NCBI GenBank assembly: GCA_027065715.1
Contig: JAMONO010000175.1
Location: 1 to 59,628 of the forward strand
Reading direction: 5' to 3'
Source of the DNA: Flavobacteriales bacterium
GTDB taxonomy: Bacteria > Bacteroidota > Bacteroidia > Flavobacteriales > Flavobacteriaceae
Length of the DNA: 59,628 nucleotides
The notes beneath the pieces were generated by a model that was not told the origin of the DNA, did not search any database, and saw nothing but the letters and a program-made list of their open reading frames with translations. This document shows, piece after piece, positions 39,120 to 49,709 of the stretch (position 1 is the stretch's first letter; each line of letters begins with the position of its first letter). The translations under genes and the position numbers were made by a program.

Positions 39120-41099
39120 ATGTCAAGATTTATCATTGCCATATCGCTCTTTTTGGCGAGTTTTTACTTGCGTGCTCAATCCGACACAACAAAAACAACT
39201 CAAACACTCGACACCATAGAAATAAACGGCTTTGGCAATCCCAAACCTATTTTCAAAATAGCCAAAACAATTCGTGTAATCAAATTGAAAGACGCTGAGT
39301 TACAACAAATTGAAAGCCTTGACGAACTGCTGCAAACCATAGCAACGGTTGATGTCAGAACAAGAGGCAACAAAGGGGTACAAGCCGACATCAGTATTCG
39401 CGGAGGTAATTTTGAACAGGTATTGGTTTTGCTCAACGGTATCAAAATAAACAATCCGCAAACCGGTCATCATCATTTGGACTTGCCTGTTGATTTTAGC
39501 ATGCTGGACCGAATTGAAATTATCGAAGGTGCCGGCGGGCAAATCTTCGGTGCCAATGCTTATAGCGGAGTGATAAATCTCATCACTAAAAATCCCCAAA
39601 AAAAACAAGCCCGCACCACTGTCAAAGCGGGGCAATACGGATACTTGAAAACCGACTTGAGTTTGGCACATTCCTTTCAAAAATTATCGGTTTACAACGG
39701 CTTTTCCTTTCAAAAATCAAATGGATACTTAACAAATGACAGCATCAACAATACCGATTTTTACGGTTTAAAATATTTTATTAATCTGCACTATAACCAC
39801 TCCAAATACTCACTGGATTTACAAACCGGTTACCACCAAAAAGATTTTGGAGCACATAGTTTTTATACCGCCAAATATCCTTGGCAATACGAAAAAACCA
39901 AAGGTTATTTTATATCACTAAGCAGCAAATTCGGAAAAAAAATCAATTGGAAACCTTTTGTTTCATATCGTGTTCATTTTGATGAATTTCAATTGTTTAG
40001 AGAAAGTATTTTTAAATATAATCAAGGATATTTTGTGCATAACCAAGATACGGCACAATTTGCCCCCGGAATTTATTATCGCGGACACAATTACCACAAA
40101 ATCACAACATTAGCAGCAGGAATAAAAGTGCAATTTCAATCCAAAGCCGGACAAACCTCAGGGCATCTGCACTGGAATAACGATGCTATCCTGAGCAACA
40201 AACTGGGTAAACAACTCAACACACCCGTTACGATTGACAATAGACAAATATATGACAAATACGACGAACGCAATTATTGGGAAGTCGGGATAAACCATTC
40301 CAAAAAATGGCAAAAATTACAATTGGGAGCCGGTATAAACCTGTTATACAGCAAGCTTTACAACACACGGTTATCCGGCGGGCTTTACATGAGTTTTTTC
40401 ACCTCGAATTTTACCCATTATATCAATGTCAGCTCGGCTTCTCGCCTGCCCGGATTTACCGATTTGTACTACCAAGGACCACAAAACATCGGAAACCCCG
40501 ATTTGCAACCCGAATCAGCCCAAACTTACGAATTGGGCACCAAATGGCATCAAACCAATATTTCGGCACATGCAGGCATCTTTTATCGAAATGCTCAACA
40601 TACTATAGACTGGATCAAATACCAACCCGATGACAAATGGCAAACCCAAAATTTGACCCAACTCAATACCTTTGGAATAGAAGCCGATTGTTACATCTTT
40701 TTTGAAAAAAAATTTATTCAAAAAATCAAATTCTCGTATGCCTATTTGCACATGAATAAAAATACCGACCAAAATATTATTTCAAAATACGCCCTTGACT
40801 ACCTCAAACACAAATTAAATATTGAATTGCATCACCGTTTCTTATTCAACTCGTCTATACATTGGACAGCCATATACAAAAACCGAAACGGTCAATACTT
40901 GAATTATATCGACAATCAATACCGTTTATTTGACTACCAACCCTATTTTTTAACCCATGTCAAAATCAACAAATCTTTCGATAAAACCCGTTTTGCCATT
41001 GGTATCGAAAATATTTTTAATATAGCTTACAATGATTTATCCTATGTCAAGATGCCGGGCAGATGGTTGATATTTGAATTGCGTTACAAAATTCATTAA
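39120..41099 (+). CDS. TonB-dependent outer-membrane receptor
   Basis: Signal peptide, plug-domain motifs (VDVRTRG, DISIRGG, VLLNGIKINNPQTGHH) and a long beta-barrel. Confidence 0.85.
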   Translation: MSRFIIAISLFLASFYLRAQSDTTKTTQTLDTIEINGFGNPKPIFKIAKTIRVIKLKDAELQQIESLDELLQTIATVDVRTRGNKGVQADISIRGGNFEQVLVLLNGIKINNPQTGHHHLDLPVDFSMLDRIEIIEGAGGQIFGANAYSGVINLITKNPQKKQARTTVKAGQYGYLKTDLSLAHSFQKLSVYNGFSFQKSNGYLTNDSINNTDFYGLKYFINLHYNHSKYSLDLQTGYHQKDFGAHSFYTAKYPWQYEKTKGYFISLSSKFGKKINWKPFVSYRVHFDEFQLFRESIFKYNQGYFVHNQDTAQFAPGIYYRGHNYHKITTLAAGIKVQFQSKAGQTSGHLHWNNDAILSNKLGKQLNTPVTIDNRQIYDKYDERNYWEVGINHSKKWQKLQLGAGINLLYSKLYNTRLSGGLYMSFFTSNFTHYINVSSASRLPGFTDLYYQGPQNIGNPDLQPESAQTYELGTKWHQTNISAHAGIFYRNAQHTIDWIKYQPDDKWQTQNLTQLNTFGIEADCYIFFEKKFIQKIKFSYAYLHMNKNTDQNIISKYALDYLKHKLNIELHHRFLFNSSIHWTAIYKNRNGQYLNYIDNQYRLFDYQPYFLTHVKINKSFDKTRFAIGIENIFNIAYNDLSYVKMPGRWLIFELRYKIH

Positions 41100-41157
41100 C
41101 GTTTATAACAATTCTGACTGTCAATTATTTAGGCATAGTTTTTGCTCTTAATTTGTT

Positions 41158-42144
41158 ATGAAAATCTATCGACTTACATGGTTGCTGCTGCTCATTGTTA
41201 CAGCCTGCACACACAAAAAAAACGATGAAACGCCAAGCCAATCCACAGGATTGTTTACACGTCATATCACTTTTGACGGAGCAGACCGGCGATATGCCAT
41301 CTATATTCCGAAAAATTTGCCGGACCAAAACGTACCGCTTGTATTCGAACTACACGGTGGCGGTATATATATCGAAGATATGACCGGTCAAAGCGGGCAC
41401 AAAACACCTTTTAAACTATGGATGAAAGTAGCCGATACGGCAAAATTTATTGTTATTTATCCCGAAGGATTAAACGGAGCCTATAACAAACCTACTTGGA
41501 ACGATTGCCGAGGCGATTGTATTGTCAGTTCAGATGCCGACGATGTCGGATTTATTGAAAAACTAATGGACATAACAGCCGCACAATACCATATCGACCC
41601 AAATCGAATATACGTATCGGGCTTGTCAAACGGAGGATTTATGGCACAACGAATGGGAATTGAACGAGGAAACAAAATAGCTGCCATTGCCTCAATTGTA
41701 GCTGCCAAACCGGCTGTTTCGGACTGCTCGGCACCGGTACGCCCCATACCCGTTTTGTTTATGAACGGAACCGATGACAATCACATGCCATACAACGGCG
41801 GACTATTGTCCAATCCTCCCAATCCCGATCACGGAACGGTATTATCCACTCCCGAAACCATTAATTATTGGACACAATTCAATCAAACCGATACGATTCC
41901 GATTTATACAACTTTTCCCGACCTCGACCCCGACGACGGCGGTATCGTCGAAAAATACAAATATCCAAACGGAACCAATCAAACCGAAGTGGTTTTTTAC
42001 AAAGTAAACGGCGGAGGACATGCGGCTCCCAGCATCAGAGAACAATATGCCCCTTTGTTTGAACAATACTTCAATAAACAAAATCACGATATTGAAATGG
42101 TTTTTGAAGTATGGAAATTTTTCAAAGACAAAAGACTTCCTTAA
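41158..42144 (+). CDS. Secreted alpha/beta-hydrolase esterase lipoprotein (PHB-depolymerase/LpqC-like family)
   Basis: Lipobox (LIVTACT), nucleophile elbow GLSNGG and a late GGGHA motif. Confidence 0.7.
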   Translation: MKIYRLTWLLLLIVTACTHKKNDETPSQSTGLFTRHITFDGADRRYAIYIPKNLPDQNVPLVFELHGGGIYIEDMTGQSGHKTPFKLWMKVADTAKFIVIYPEGLNGAYNKPTWNDCRGDCIVSSDADDVGFIEKLMDITAAQYHIDPNRIYVSGLSNGGFMAQRMGIERGNKIAAIASIVAAKPAVSDCSAPVRPIPVLFMNGTDDNHMPYNGGLLSNPPNPDHGTVLSTPETINYWTQFNQTDTIPIYTTFPDLDPDDGGIVEKYKYPNGTNQTEVVFYKVNGGGHAAPSIREQYAPLFEQYFNKQNHDIEMVFEVWKFFKDKRLP

Positions 42145-42194
42145 TAATTTCTCACAAAAAAAACTTATTTTTGACCTTTAAAATCAATCAGTCA

Positions 42195-42647
42195 ATGAGA
42201 ATTTTTTTTTCATTTTTATCATTATTTCTTCTCTTACAATCGTGCAACATGGTCAAAGCTCCCGAATTTAAAGGGATTACCCATATCGATTTAAAAAAGA
42301 AAGAAAACGGCAAATTAATATTGGTGGCATACGCCAAATACCACAATCCGAACTTGTTAGGCGGAAAATTCAAAGTAAAAGACATTCAAGTTTTGGTCAA
42401 TGACAAATTTTTGGCAAATTTGAATTCGGAAACCTACAAAGTCCCAACCAAAAAAGACTTTGAAATACCGTTGGAAGTAGATTTTGACCCGAATTATTTC
42501 AAAAAAGGCAACCTGCTTGACGCCTTAAACAGCGCCATAAATAACAAATTAAAAGTTCACTATCAAGGAAAAATATATTATGTAAGTCACGGAATAAATT
42601 TGCCTTATCAAATTAATTACACCCAAGACGTTAAACTCTTCAATTAA
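42195..42647 (+). CDS. Small lipoprotein, LEA14/NDR1-like (LEA_2) fold candidate
   Basis: The start is trimmed to the ATG at 42195 (MRIFFSFLSLFLLLQSC). The longer ORF from 42111 overlaps the esterase gene. Confidence 0.5.
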   Translation: MRIFFSFLSLFLLLQSCNMVKAPEFKGITHIDLKKKENGKLILVAYAKYHNPNLLGGKFKVKDIQVLVNDKFLANLNSETYKVPTKKDFEIPLEVDFDPNYFKKGNLLDALNSAINNKLKVHYQGKIYYVSHGINLPYQINYTQDVKLFN

Positions 42648-43249
42648 TGGCAACCGATACTTACCTGACATTGTCAAAGCCAACCGAACCGGTTATTTTT
42701 AAAGACCGCAAAAGCAAATTTATAGCTTATGCCTATCCTACCCAACATATAGATGAAATAAAGCCCCTTGTCGAACAACTGAAAAAAGAACATCACAGCG
42801 CCCGCCACTGGTGTTATGCTTATCGAATAGGAATACAAAAAATTACCGAACGAGCCAATGACGACGGTGAACCTTCCAATTCGGCAGGACAGCCTATTCT
42901 AAACCAAATAAAAGCCCGCAAGCTTACAAATGTTTTGGTAGTGGTAGTGCGTTATTTCGGAGGTGTAAAACTCGGCGTAGGCGGCTTGATAAACGCTTAC
43001 AAAACCGCCGCACAAATGGCTTTGGAACAAGCCGAAACAGTTGAAAAAATACAAACCCGACAATTGCAAGTCATATTTGATTATAACGATATGAACAAAG
43101 TAATGCGTATCATAAAAGAACAACAATTACATATAGTTTCACAAGACTTGCAAGCAAACGGAAAAATTATCGTCGAAATACGTCTTGACGATTTCAATTC
43201 GGTAAAAACCATGTTCGAAAAAATACACACTCTCAAAGTAAAAACATAA
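42647..43249 (+). CDS. yigZ: YigZ/IMPACT-family protein
   Basis: 200 aa with FKDRKSKFIAYAYP, HHSARHWCYAYRIG, DDGEPSNSAGQPIL and VVVVRYFGGVKLGVGGL. The TAATG start overlaps the upstream stop. Confidence 0.85.
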   Translation: MATDTYLTLSKPTEPVIFKDRKSKFIAYAYPTQHIDEIKPLVEQLKKEHHSARHWCYAYRIGIQKITERANDDGEPSNSAGQPILNQIKARKLTNVLVVVVRYFGGVKLGVGGLINAYKTAAQMALEQAETVEKIQTRQLQVIFDYNDMNKVMRIIKEQQLHIVSQDLQANGKIIVEIRLDDFNSVKTMFEKIHTLKVKT

Positions 43250-43278
43250 AAAAAAGGAGCCTTTTATTAAAAGCTCCT
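43247..43278 (-). terminator. Terminator after tRNA-Leu
   Basis: On the minus strand, stem AAGGAGC pairs with GCTCCTT, followed by T8, immediately 3' of the tRNA. Confidence 0.55.
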
Positions 43279-43365
43279 TGGTACCTCGGGTGGGAATCGA
43301 ACCCACACTCTGTTGCCAGAACTGGATTTTGAATCCAGCGCGTCTACCAATTCCGCCACCGAGGC
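43279..43365 (-). tRNA. tRNA-Leu (anticodon CAA), with a long variable arm and an encoded CCA
   Basis: The minus strand reads GCCTCGGTGGCGGAATTGGTAGACGCGCTGGATTCAAAATCCAGTTCTGGCAACAGAGTGTGGGTTCGATTCCCACCCGAGGTACCA. I folded the cloverleaf by hand; the anticodon loop is TTCAAAA. Confidence 0.9.
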
Positions 43366-43444
43366 TTAGATTGCGACTGCAAATATAAAAAAGTTTTAAA
43401 TATAATTTACAAACTTTTCAAAAAATATTTTTTCTTTTTTCACA

Positions 43445-44326
43445 TTAAACTTCGGCTTTTATTCCATTGACATTTCTATCAATTTTTCGCAACAAGCCCA
43501 ACAATACTTTTCCGGGACCTACTTCAACAAATTCGGTTGCTCCATCGGCAATCATCTGTTGTATGGTTTGTGTCCACTTAACCGGAGCTGTCAATTGTTT
43601 TATCAAATTATTCTTAATTTCTTCCGGTTCGGTAACCGCCGCAGCCGTTACATTTTGATATACCGGTGCCATGGGTTTGCAAAAAGGTGTTTCTTCAATG
43701 GCTTTTGCCAATTCTTCACGAGCAGGTTCCATCAAAGGCGAATGAAAAGCACCGCCCACAGGCAACAAAACAGCACGTCGGGCACCGGCTTCCAACAAAG
43801 CTTCGTTGGCTTTTTTTACCGCTTCCGTTTCACCACTGATAACCAATTGACCGGGACAATTGTAATTGGCAGGTGCAACAATACCGTCAATTTTACGACA
43901 AACCGCCTCAACCGTTTCATCATCCAAATTTAAGATTGCCGACATGGTCGAATCAACCAATTCGGTAGCTTTTTGCATGGCTTCGGCTCTTTTGGAAACC
44001 AAACGCAAACCATCTTCAAACGATAAAGTTTTATTGGCTACCAAAGCCGAAAACTCACCCAACGAATGTCCGGCAACCATATCGGGTTGAAAGTGCGAAC
44101 CCAACAACTCGGCACTGATAACCGAATGCAAGAAAATGGCCGGTTGCGTAACCCGAGTTTGTTTTAAAGCTTCCGCCGTTCCTTCAAACATAATTTGAGC
44201 TATATCAAAACCCAAAATATCATTGGCTTGCGCAAAACGTTTTCGAGCTAATTCGTATTTGTCATACAGATCTTTACCCATGCCTTCAAACTGTGCCCCT
44301 TGTCCGGGAAAAATATATGCTTTCAT
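43445..44326 (-). CDS. fabD: Malonyl-CoA:ACP transacylase
   Basis: FPGQGAQ, active site GHSLGEFSA, and GAFHSPLM. Confidence 0.95.
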   Translation of the reverse strand: MKAYIFPGQGAQFEGMGKDLYDKYELARKRFAQANDILGFDIAQIMFEGTAEALKQTRVTQPAIFLHSVISAELLGSHFQPDMVAGHSLGEFSALVANKTLSFEDGLRLVSKRAEAMQKATELVDSTMSAILNLDDETVEAVCRKIDGIVAPANYNCPGQLVISGETEAVKKANEALLEAGARRAVLLPVGGAFHSPLMEPAREELAKAIEETPFCKPMAPVYQNVTAAAVTEPEEIKNNLIKQLTAPVKWTQTIQQMIADGATEFVEVGPGKVLLGLLRKIDRNVNGIKAEV

Positions 44327-44475
44327 AACTTCGATTTATAAAATTAAAAAACAGTTCCAAAACTGATTCCGGCAACAAAAATAATTATTTTTTTTGATGT
44401 AACATTTTTGTATATTTATCGTTTTTATCGGTAATATTTTTACCTTGAAATTTATCTCATCTAAATTACAACATT

Positions 44476-45801
44476 ATGAAAAGATTTAAAACCGGTTTGT
44501 TTTTATTATTAATCACTCAAATTTCCGTATCCATGGCACAAAAAATCGATTATGAAGAATTTGATTTACCCAACGGACTTCATGTTATATTGCACGAAGA
44601 CCACACCGCTCCCGTTGTTAATGTAGGCGTAATGTATCATGTGGGCGCCAAAGACGAAGCCCCCAACCGCACCGGATTTGCCCATTTTTTTGAACATTTA
44701 TTGTTTGAAGGCACTAAAAATATCCCACGTGGCAAATGGTTTGAAATAGTCAGTTCACACGGCGGAAAAAACAATGCCAACACAACGGACGACCGCACTT
44801 ACTACTATGAAGTTTTTCCATCCAATAATTTGGAATTGGGGCTTTGGATGGAAGCCGAACGTATGCGCCATGCCGTTATCAACCAAATAGGAGTTGATAC
44901 CCAAAACGAAGTGGTAAAAGAAGAAAAAAGACTGCGTTATGACAATCGTCCTTACGGACATTTTTTGGAAGCCATTAAAAAAGAAGTATTTACCAAGCAC
45001 CCTTATCAACATACCACCATTGGCAAAATGGAAGATTTGGATGCCGCTTCATTGGACGAATTCATTGCCTTTTACAAAAAATATTACATACCCAATAACG
45101 CAACGCTTGTCGTAGCAGGCGACATTGACAAAGAAAAAACCAAAAAGTTGATTTATAAATATTTTGCAAGTATTCCCAAAGGTGCAGACATCATACACAA
45201 AAAAATTGTTGAACCTCCCATTACCCAAGAAAAACATGCCGTTTATTACGACAAAAACATACAAAAACCGGCGATCATGCAAGCCTATTTAACCCCTTCA
45301 ATGAAAGAACGAGACGCTTATGCTTTGGATTTGTTATCGACCTATTTAAGCGACGGAAAAAGCTCCGTTTTATATAAAAAAATGGTCGATCAAAAGAAAA
45401 AAGCTTTGGCAGTCGGTGCTTTTAATCTCAGTCAGGAAGACTACGGCACTTATATTATTTTTGCCATTCCGCTCAATAAACAAACAAGTTTAAACGACCT
45501 GACACACGAAATTGACGAAGAAATAGAACGATTAAAAACCGATTTGATTTCGGAAAAAGATTATCAAAAATTATTAAACAAAATAGAAAATCAATTTGTA
45601 AACTCAAACACATCAATGCAAGGTATCGCTCATAATTTGGCTCGATACCATGTATTATACGGCAATACGGATTTGATTAACAAAGAATTAGACATATACA
45701 AAAGTATTTCCCGTGAAGAACTCAGGGAAGCAGCCCGTAAATATCTCAACAAAAATCAAAGGGTTATTTTGGAATATTTACCTCAAAAAACACAACAATA
45801 A
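44476..45801 (+). CDS. M16-family zinc peptidase (catalytic subunit)
   Basis: Signal peptide and the inverted zincin motif HFFEHLLFEG (HxxEH), with a downstream EVVKEE Glu region. Confidence 0.88.
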   Translation: MKRFKTGLFLLLITQISVSMAQKIDYEEFDLPNGLHVILHEDHTAPVVNVGVMYHVGAKDEAPNRTGFAHFFEHLLFEGTKNIPRGKWFEIVSSHGGKNNANTTDDRTYYYEVFPSNNLELGLWMEAERMRHAVINQIGVDTQNEVVKEEKRLRYDNRPYGHFLEAIKKEVFTKHPYQHTTIGKMEDLDAASLDEFIAFYKKYYIPNNATLVVAGDIDKEKTKKLIYKYFASIPKGADIIHKKIVEPPITQEKHAVYYDKNIQKPAIMQAYLTPSMKERDAYALDLLSTYLSDGKSSVLYKKMVDQKKKALAVGAFNLSQEDYGTYIIFAIPLNKQTSLNDLTHEIDEEIERLKTDLISEKDYQKLLNKIENQFVNSNTSMQGIAHNLARYHVLYGNTDLINKELDIYKSISREELREAARKYLNKNQRVILEYLPQKTQQ

Positions 45802-45822
45802 ATCTCATAAAACCGCTACAAA

Positions 45823-47925
45823 ATGAAAAAGTTATTATACATTTTCGGTCTTATTTTAAGTTTTTACTTGACATCTTGCGGAAGCCAATCCGCCACAACC
45901 GAAGCAACAACTCCAAAAAACAACAACATGACACAGCAAGACGATATAAACCAAATGCCCCGGCCGGCTCCGGCTCCCAAAATCAACTTTAAAAAACCCG
46001 AAGTTTTTAAGCTGGATAACGGTTTAACGATTATATTGGTTGAAAATCACAAACTTCCTCGAGTCAATGCCAGTTTACGCATAGACAATCAACCGGTTCG
46101 ACTACGCGACAAAAAAGGAAGCGATGACCTGTTGCAGAGCTTATTGGGAAGTGGTTCGCAAAATATCTCAAAAGAAGAATTTAATCAAAAAATAGACTTT
46201 TACGGCGCCAATGTATATTTTAACGATAACGGCTTTTATATCAATACATTAAGCAAATATTTTGACGAAATATTGAAACTGACTGCCGATCAAGCCTTGT
46301 ATCCGAAATTCACCAAAGAAGAGTTTGAAAAAGAAAAAGAAAAACTGATTGAAAGTCTAAAAGTCAACGAAAAAAGCACTCCTGCGGCAGCCCTAAGAGT
46401 AATGAACAAATTGGCTTTTGGCAATCACCCTTATGGTGAAATTACCAAAATAGATAAAGTTCAAACAATTCAATTACAAGATGTCGAAAAATACTACAAA
46501 AACAACTTTAACCCCAATCATGCCTATTTAATTCTGGTAGGAGACATTGACAAAAAACAGGCGTATAAATTGGCTCGGACATATTTTGGCAAATGGCAAA
46601 AAGCACCGGTAACCAAAGGTTTGCCTTTACCGCACATCAATAATGTACCGACTACCGAAGTGGACTTTGTGCACATGCCCAATGCCGAACAAACAGAAAT
46701 AAAAGTTGTGCAACGTTCCGATATCCGTCGCAACAATCCCGACTATCAAAAAGTTTTGTTGATGAATTCCATTTTGGGAGGCGACTTTAATTCATATCTC
46801 AACATGACCCTGCGCGAAAAACACGGCTGGACTTATGGAGCACGAAGCCGGTTCGGGACCGACAAATACGGCGACTTGTTTACCGCTTCAACCAGTGTAC
46901 GTAACAGCGTAGCCGATTCGGCAGTTGTTGTAACAATGAAACAAATAAACAAAATCAGAAATGAAAAAGTAAGCGACACTTTACTTAACAACAACAAACA
47001 AAAATACATGGGAAATTTTGTTTTGCAAATGGAAAATCCTTCTACCATAGCCAATCAGGCATATAATATTTTTGTCGATAATTTGCCGGAAGATTACTAC
47101 GAAACTTTCTTGCAAAAAATTGATGCCGTTACGGTGGACGATATTCAACAAGCGGCTCAAAAATACTTACACCCCGACCATATGCGTATCATAGTTGCCG
47201 GCAATGCTTCCACTACGGTTCCCGGACTGCAAAAAGCCGGTTATCAAATTAAATTTTTCGACAAATACGGCAATCCGGCACCGGCTCCCGAAATGAATCA
47301 AAAAATACCCGAAAACATAACGGTAAAAAGTATAATTGATACCTACATCAAAGCCATTGGCGGAGCCGATAAAATCAATCAAATAAAATCGTTGGAAACG
47401 GTTTATACCACCCAAATGAGAGGGATGGAAATCAGCAATACCACCAAAGCCATGACACCCAACCTGTTTGCCGAAAACACTACTGCCGGAGGCATGTTGT
47501 TAAGCAAAGAAATATTTGACGGCAAAACCGGATACCGCGAAGTGCAAGGACAAAGAAAAGACTTTACTCCCGATGAAATAGAAAAGTTTAAAAATACACC
47601 GCAACCATTTCCGGTTACAGGATTAATAAAAACAGGTAAACCGGAACGCATGGAAAGTTTTGACGGAAATGACTATTACGTCATTATTGACGATGAAGGA
47701 ACCGAACATTTTTTTAACGCCAAAACAGGACTAAAAGAGAAAGAAATAAAACACCGAAAAATACAAGGACATGAAATAAGCCAACCTATTCAATATAGCG
47801 ATTATAAAGAAATAAACGGCATAAAATTTCCTGCCAAAATAACGATTAAAACGGGTGTGCAAAATATGGAATTAAAACTTAAAGAAGCCAAAGTCAATCA
47901 TTTGACACAAGCAGACTTTAAATAA
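45823..47925 (+). CDS. M16-family peptidase-like protein (no HxxEH) with an extra C-terminal domain; lipoprotein
   Basis: Lipobox (LTSC) and an M16 fold region without the HxxEH motif. An additional domain of roughly 220 aa follows, beginning IDTYIKAIGGADKINQIKSLETVY. Confidence 0.8.
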   Translation: MKKLLYIFGLILSFYLTSCGSQSATTEATTPKNNNMTQQDDINQMPRPAPAPKINFKKPEVFKLDNGLTIILVENHKLPRVNASLRIDNQPVRLRDKKGSDDLLQSLLGSGSQNISKEEFNQKIDFYGANVYFNDNGFYINTLSKYFDEILKLTADQALYPKFTKEEFEKEKEKLIESLKVNEKSTPAAALRVMNKLAFGNHPYGEITKIDKVQTIQLQDVEKYYKNNFNPNHAYLILVGDIDKKQAYKLARTYFGKWQKAPVTKGLPLPHINNVPTTEVDFVHMPNAEQTEIKVVQRSDIRRNNPDYQKVLLMNSILGGDFNSYLNMTLREKHGWTYGARSRFGTDKYGDLFTASTSVRNSVADSAVVVTMKQINKIRNEKVSDTLLNNNKQKYMGNFVLQMENPSTIANQAYNIFVDNLPEDYYETFLQKIDAVTVDDIQQAAQKYLHPDHMRIIVAGNASTTVPGLQKAGYQIKFFDKYGNPAPAPEMNQKIPENITVKSIIDTYIKAIGGADKINQIKSLETVYTTQMRGMEISNTTKAMTPNLFAENTTAGGMLLSKEIFDGKTGYREVQGQRKDFTPDEIEKFKNTPQPFPVTGLIKTGKPERMESFDGNDYYVIIDDEGTEHFFNAKTGLKEKEIKHRKIQGHEISQPIQYSDYKEINGIKFPAKITIKTGVQNMELKLKEAKVNHLTQADFK

Positions 47926-47947
47926 ACACTTCAAGTCATCTCCTTAC

Positions 47948-47982
47948 AACCCGTCTTTTGCTTCAAAGGACGGGTTTATTTA
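47948..47982 (+). terminator. Terminator after the M16 pair
   Basis: Stem AACCCGTC (47948..47955) pairs with GACGGGTT (47969..47976), followed by TATTTAT. Confidence 0.5.
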
Positions 47983-48012
47983 TATGGAAAAAAGAGGTAA
48001 TACCAAATCGGT

Positions 48013-48906
48013 TTATAAAATCATACCCAAACCGAAAAACAAAGCATACAAAAAGGTCAAAATGGCAACTTTTTTGAGTTCGGGGTCAAATTGACGGGCA
48101 CTTTCGGTTTTAATAACCCTGATTAAATGTATAAAAAGAAAAAAATAAGGTATCATAAAAAGCCATTGCCAAAGGCTGTGCAAATGATGAAAAATATAGG
48201 CTTGTGTAAAAAAGAAAGGAAAAACCAGCAACAAAACATGATATTTTTTGGCTTTTTGAAGCCCCCATTTAACAGGCAAAGTGTTTTTTTGAACCAATTT
48301 GTCCGAATCCATATCCCTCATATTATTCAAATTGAGCACCGCTACACTCAACAATCCGACGGACAGTGCCGGAAAAATTAAAGTCCAATCCAACTTATGC
48401 GTATAAAGATAAGTACCGGCAATAACCGAGACCAAACCGAAAAATATCAAAACAAAAATGTCACCGAAACCAAAATATCCGTAAGCTTTATTACCTATGG
48501 TATATTTTATGGCTGCAACAATGGCTGCCAAGCCCAAAATCAAATAAATCGAAACATGAACAAAACGATTAAAACCAAAACTGTAAATAACCAAAACAAC
48601 TGCCGAAATCAAAGACAATAAAGCCGTAATATAAACAGCTTTTTTCATGGCTTTCGGAGTTATTTCGCCCGATTGCAAAGCTCGTTGCGGTCCAATCCGG
48701 TTTTCATTGTCCGTTCCTTTTATACCGTCGCCGTAATCATTGGCAAAATTGGATAGTATTTGAAACAAAACAGCCGTTAAAACGGAAAAAATAAAAATTA
48801 ACGGTTCAAAACTTTGTTGCGAAGCGGCAATAAAAGCCGCCAAAATAATTCCCGACAAAGACAAAGGCAAAGTGCGTAATCGGGCTGCTTTAATCCATTT
48901 TTTCAT
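48013..48906 (-). CDS. menA: 1,4-dihydroxy-2-naphthoate polyprenyltransferase
   Basis: UbiA-family motifs (NDYGDGIKGTD, LNLNNMRDMDSD) and about eight TM segments. The start is taken at the ATG at 48906 (MKKWIKAARLRTLPLS). Confidence 0.88.
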   Translation of the reverse strand: MKKWIKAARLRTLPLSLSGIILAAFIAASQQSFEPLIFIFSVLTAVLFQILSNFANDYGDGIKGTDNENRIGPQRALQSGEITPKAMKKAVYITALLSLISAVVLVIYSFGFNRFVHVSIYLILGLAAIVAAIKYTIGNKAYGYFGFGDIFVLIFFGLVSVIAGTYLYTHKLDWTLIFPALSVGLLSVAVLNLNNMRDMDSDKLVQKNTLPVKWGLQKAKKYHVLLLVFPFFFTQAYIFHHLHSLWQWLFMIPYFFLFIHLIRVIKTESARQFDPELKKVAILTFLYALFFGLGMIL

Positions 48907-48983
48907 ATTGCAAAAAATTATTTCATAAATCAATTTGGTATCATTTAGACTTACTACAAAACCAAAATTGGAGTTTACTCAAA

Positions 48984-49709
48984 TTATCGGTTCTCATTTA
49001 ACAACCGAACAGCTTTTTGCAAATCTTCTTCGGTGTCTATGCCAAAATTTATCGTATCGGTTTCTATCATTTTAATCATCATACCATTTTGTAAAAAACG
49101 TAAATTTTCCAATTTTTCAATTTGTTCCATTTCCGTTTGAGGTAAAACGGCTATTTTTTCCAAAGTTTTTTTTCGAAAAGCATACACACCTATATGTTTA
49201 TAGGCTTTTTCAAAAACATTATCACGCGAATACGGAATGGGTGCACGCGAAAAAAACATGGCGTAACCTGCCAAATCGGTAACCACTTTGACATTATTCG
49301 GATTGAGAAAATCGTCTTTCTTATCAATTTTTATCATCAAAGAAGCCATATCAACCGTTTTGTCCGAAAAAGCATCAATCAGCGTTTTTAAAGCTTTTGG
49401 ATTGATAAAAGGTTCATCTCCTTGAATGTTAATAATAATATCGGCATCGGTTTTTGAAACAAATTCGGCTATTCTGTCGGTTCCTGTTGGGTGTGGTTTT
49501 TTACTCATAAAAACCGTCCCGCCATGACTTTTTATTTCGTTATAAATAAGTTTGCTGTCGGTTATTACCATTACTTGATTAAACAATCCGGATTGAGCTG
49601 CCGCTTCATACGTGCGTCGTATAACTGTTTTTCCGGCTAAATCTTTCATTAATTTTCCGGGAAATCTTTGCGAATCGTATCGTGCGGGGATCATGGCTGT
49701 AACTTTCAT
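48984..49709 (-). CDS. kdsB: 3-deoxy-manno-octulosonate cytidylyltransferase
   Basis: AMIPARYDSQRFPGK, IINIQGDEPF and VGVYAF motifs. Confidence 0.93.
   Translation of the reverse strand: MKVTAMIPARYDSQRFPGKLMKDLAGKTVIRRTYEAAAQSGLFNQVMVITDSKLIYNEIKSHGGTVFMSKKPHPTGTDRIAEFVSKTDADIIINIQGDEPFINPKALKTLIDAFSDKTVDMASLMIKIDKKDDFLNPNNVKVVTDLAGYAMFFSRAPIPYSRDNVFEKAYKHIGVYAFRKKTLEKIAVLPQTEMEQIEKLENLRFLQNGMMIKMIETDTINFGIDTEEDLQKAVRLLNENR

Noticed and set aside
42111-42194. Upstream extension of the small lipoprotein ORF
   Set aside because: It overlaps the esterase gene's 3' end. The lipoprotein signal peptide begins at the ATG at 42195.
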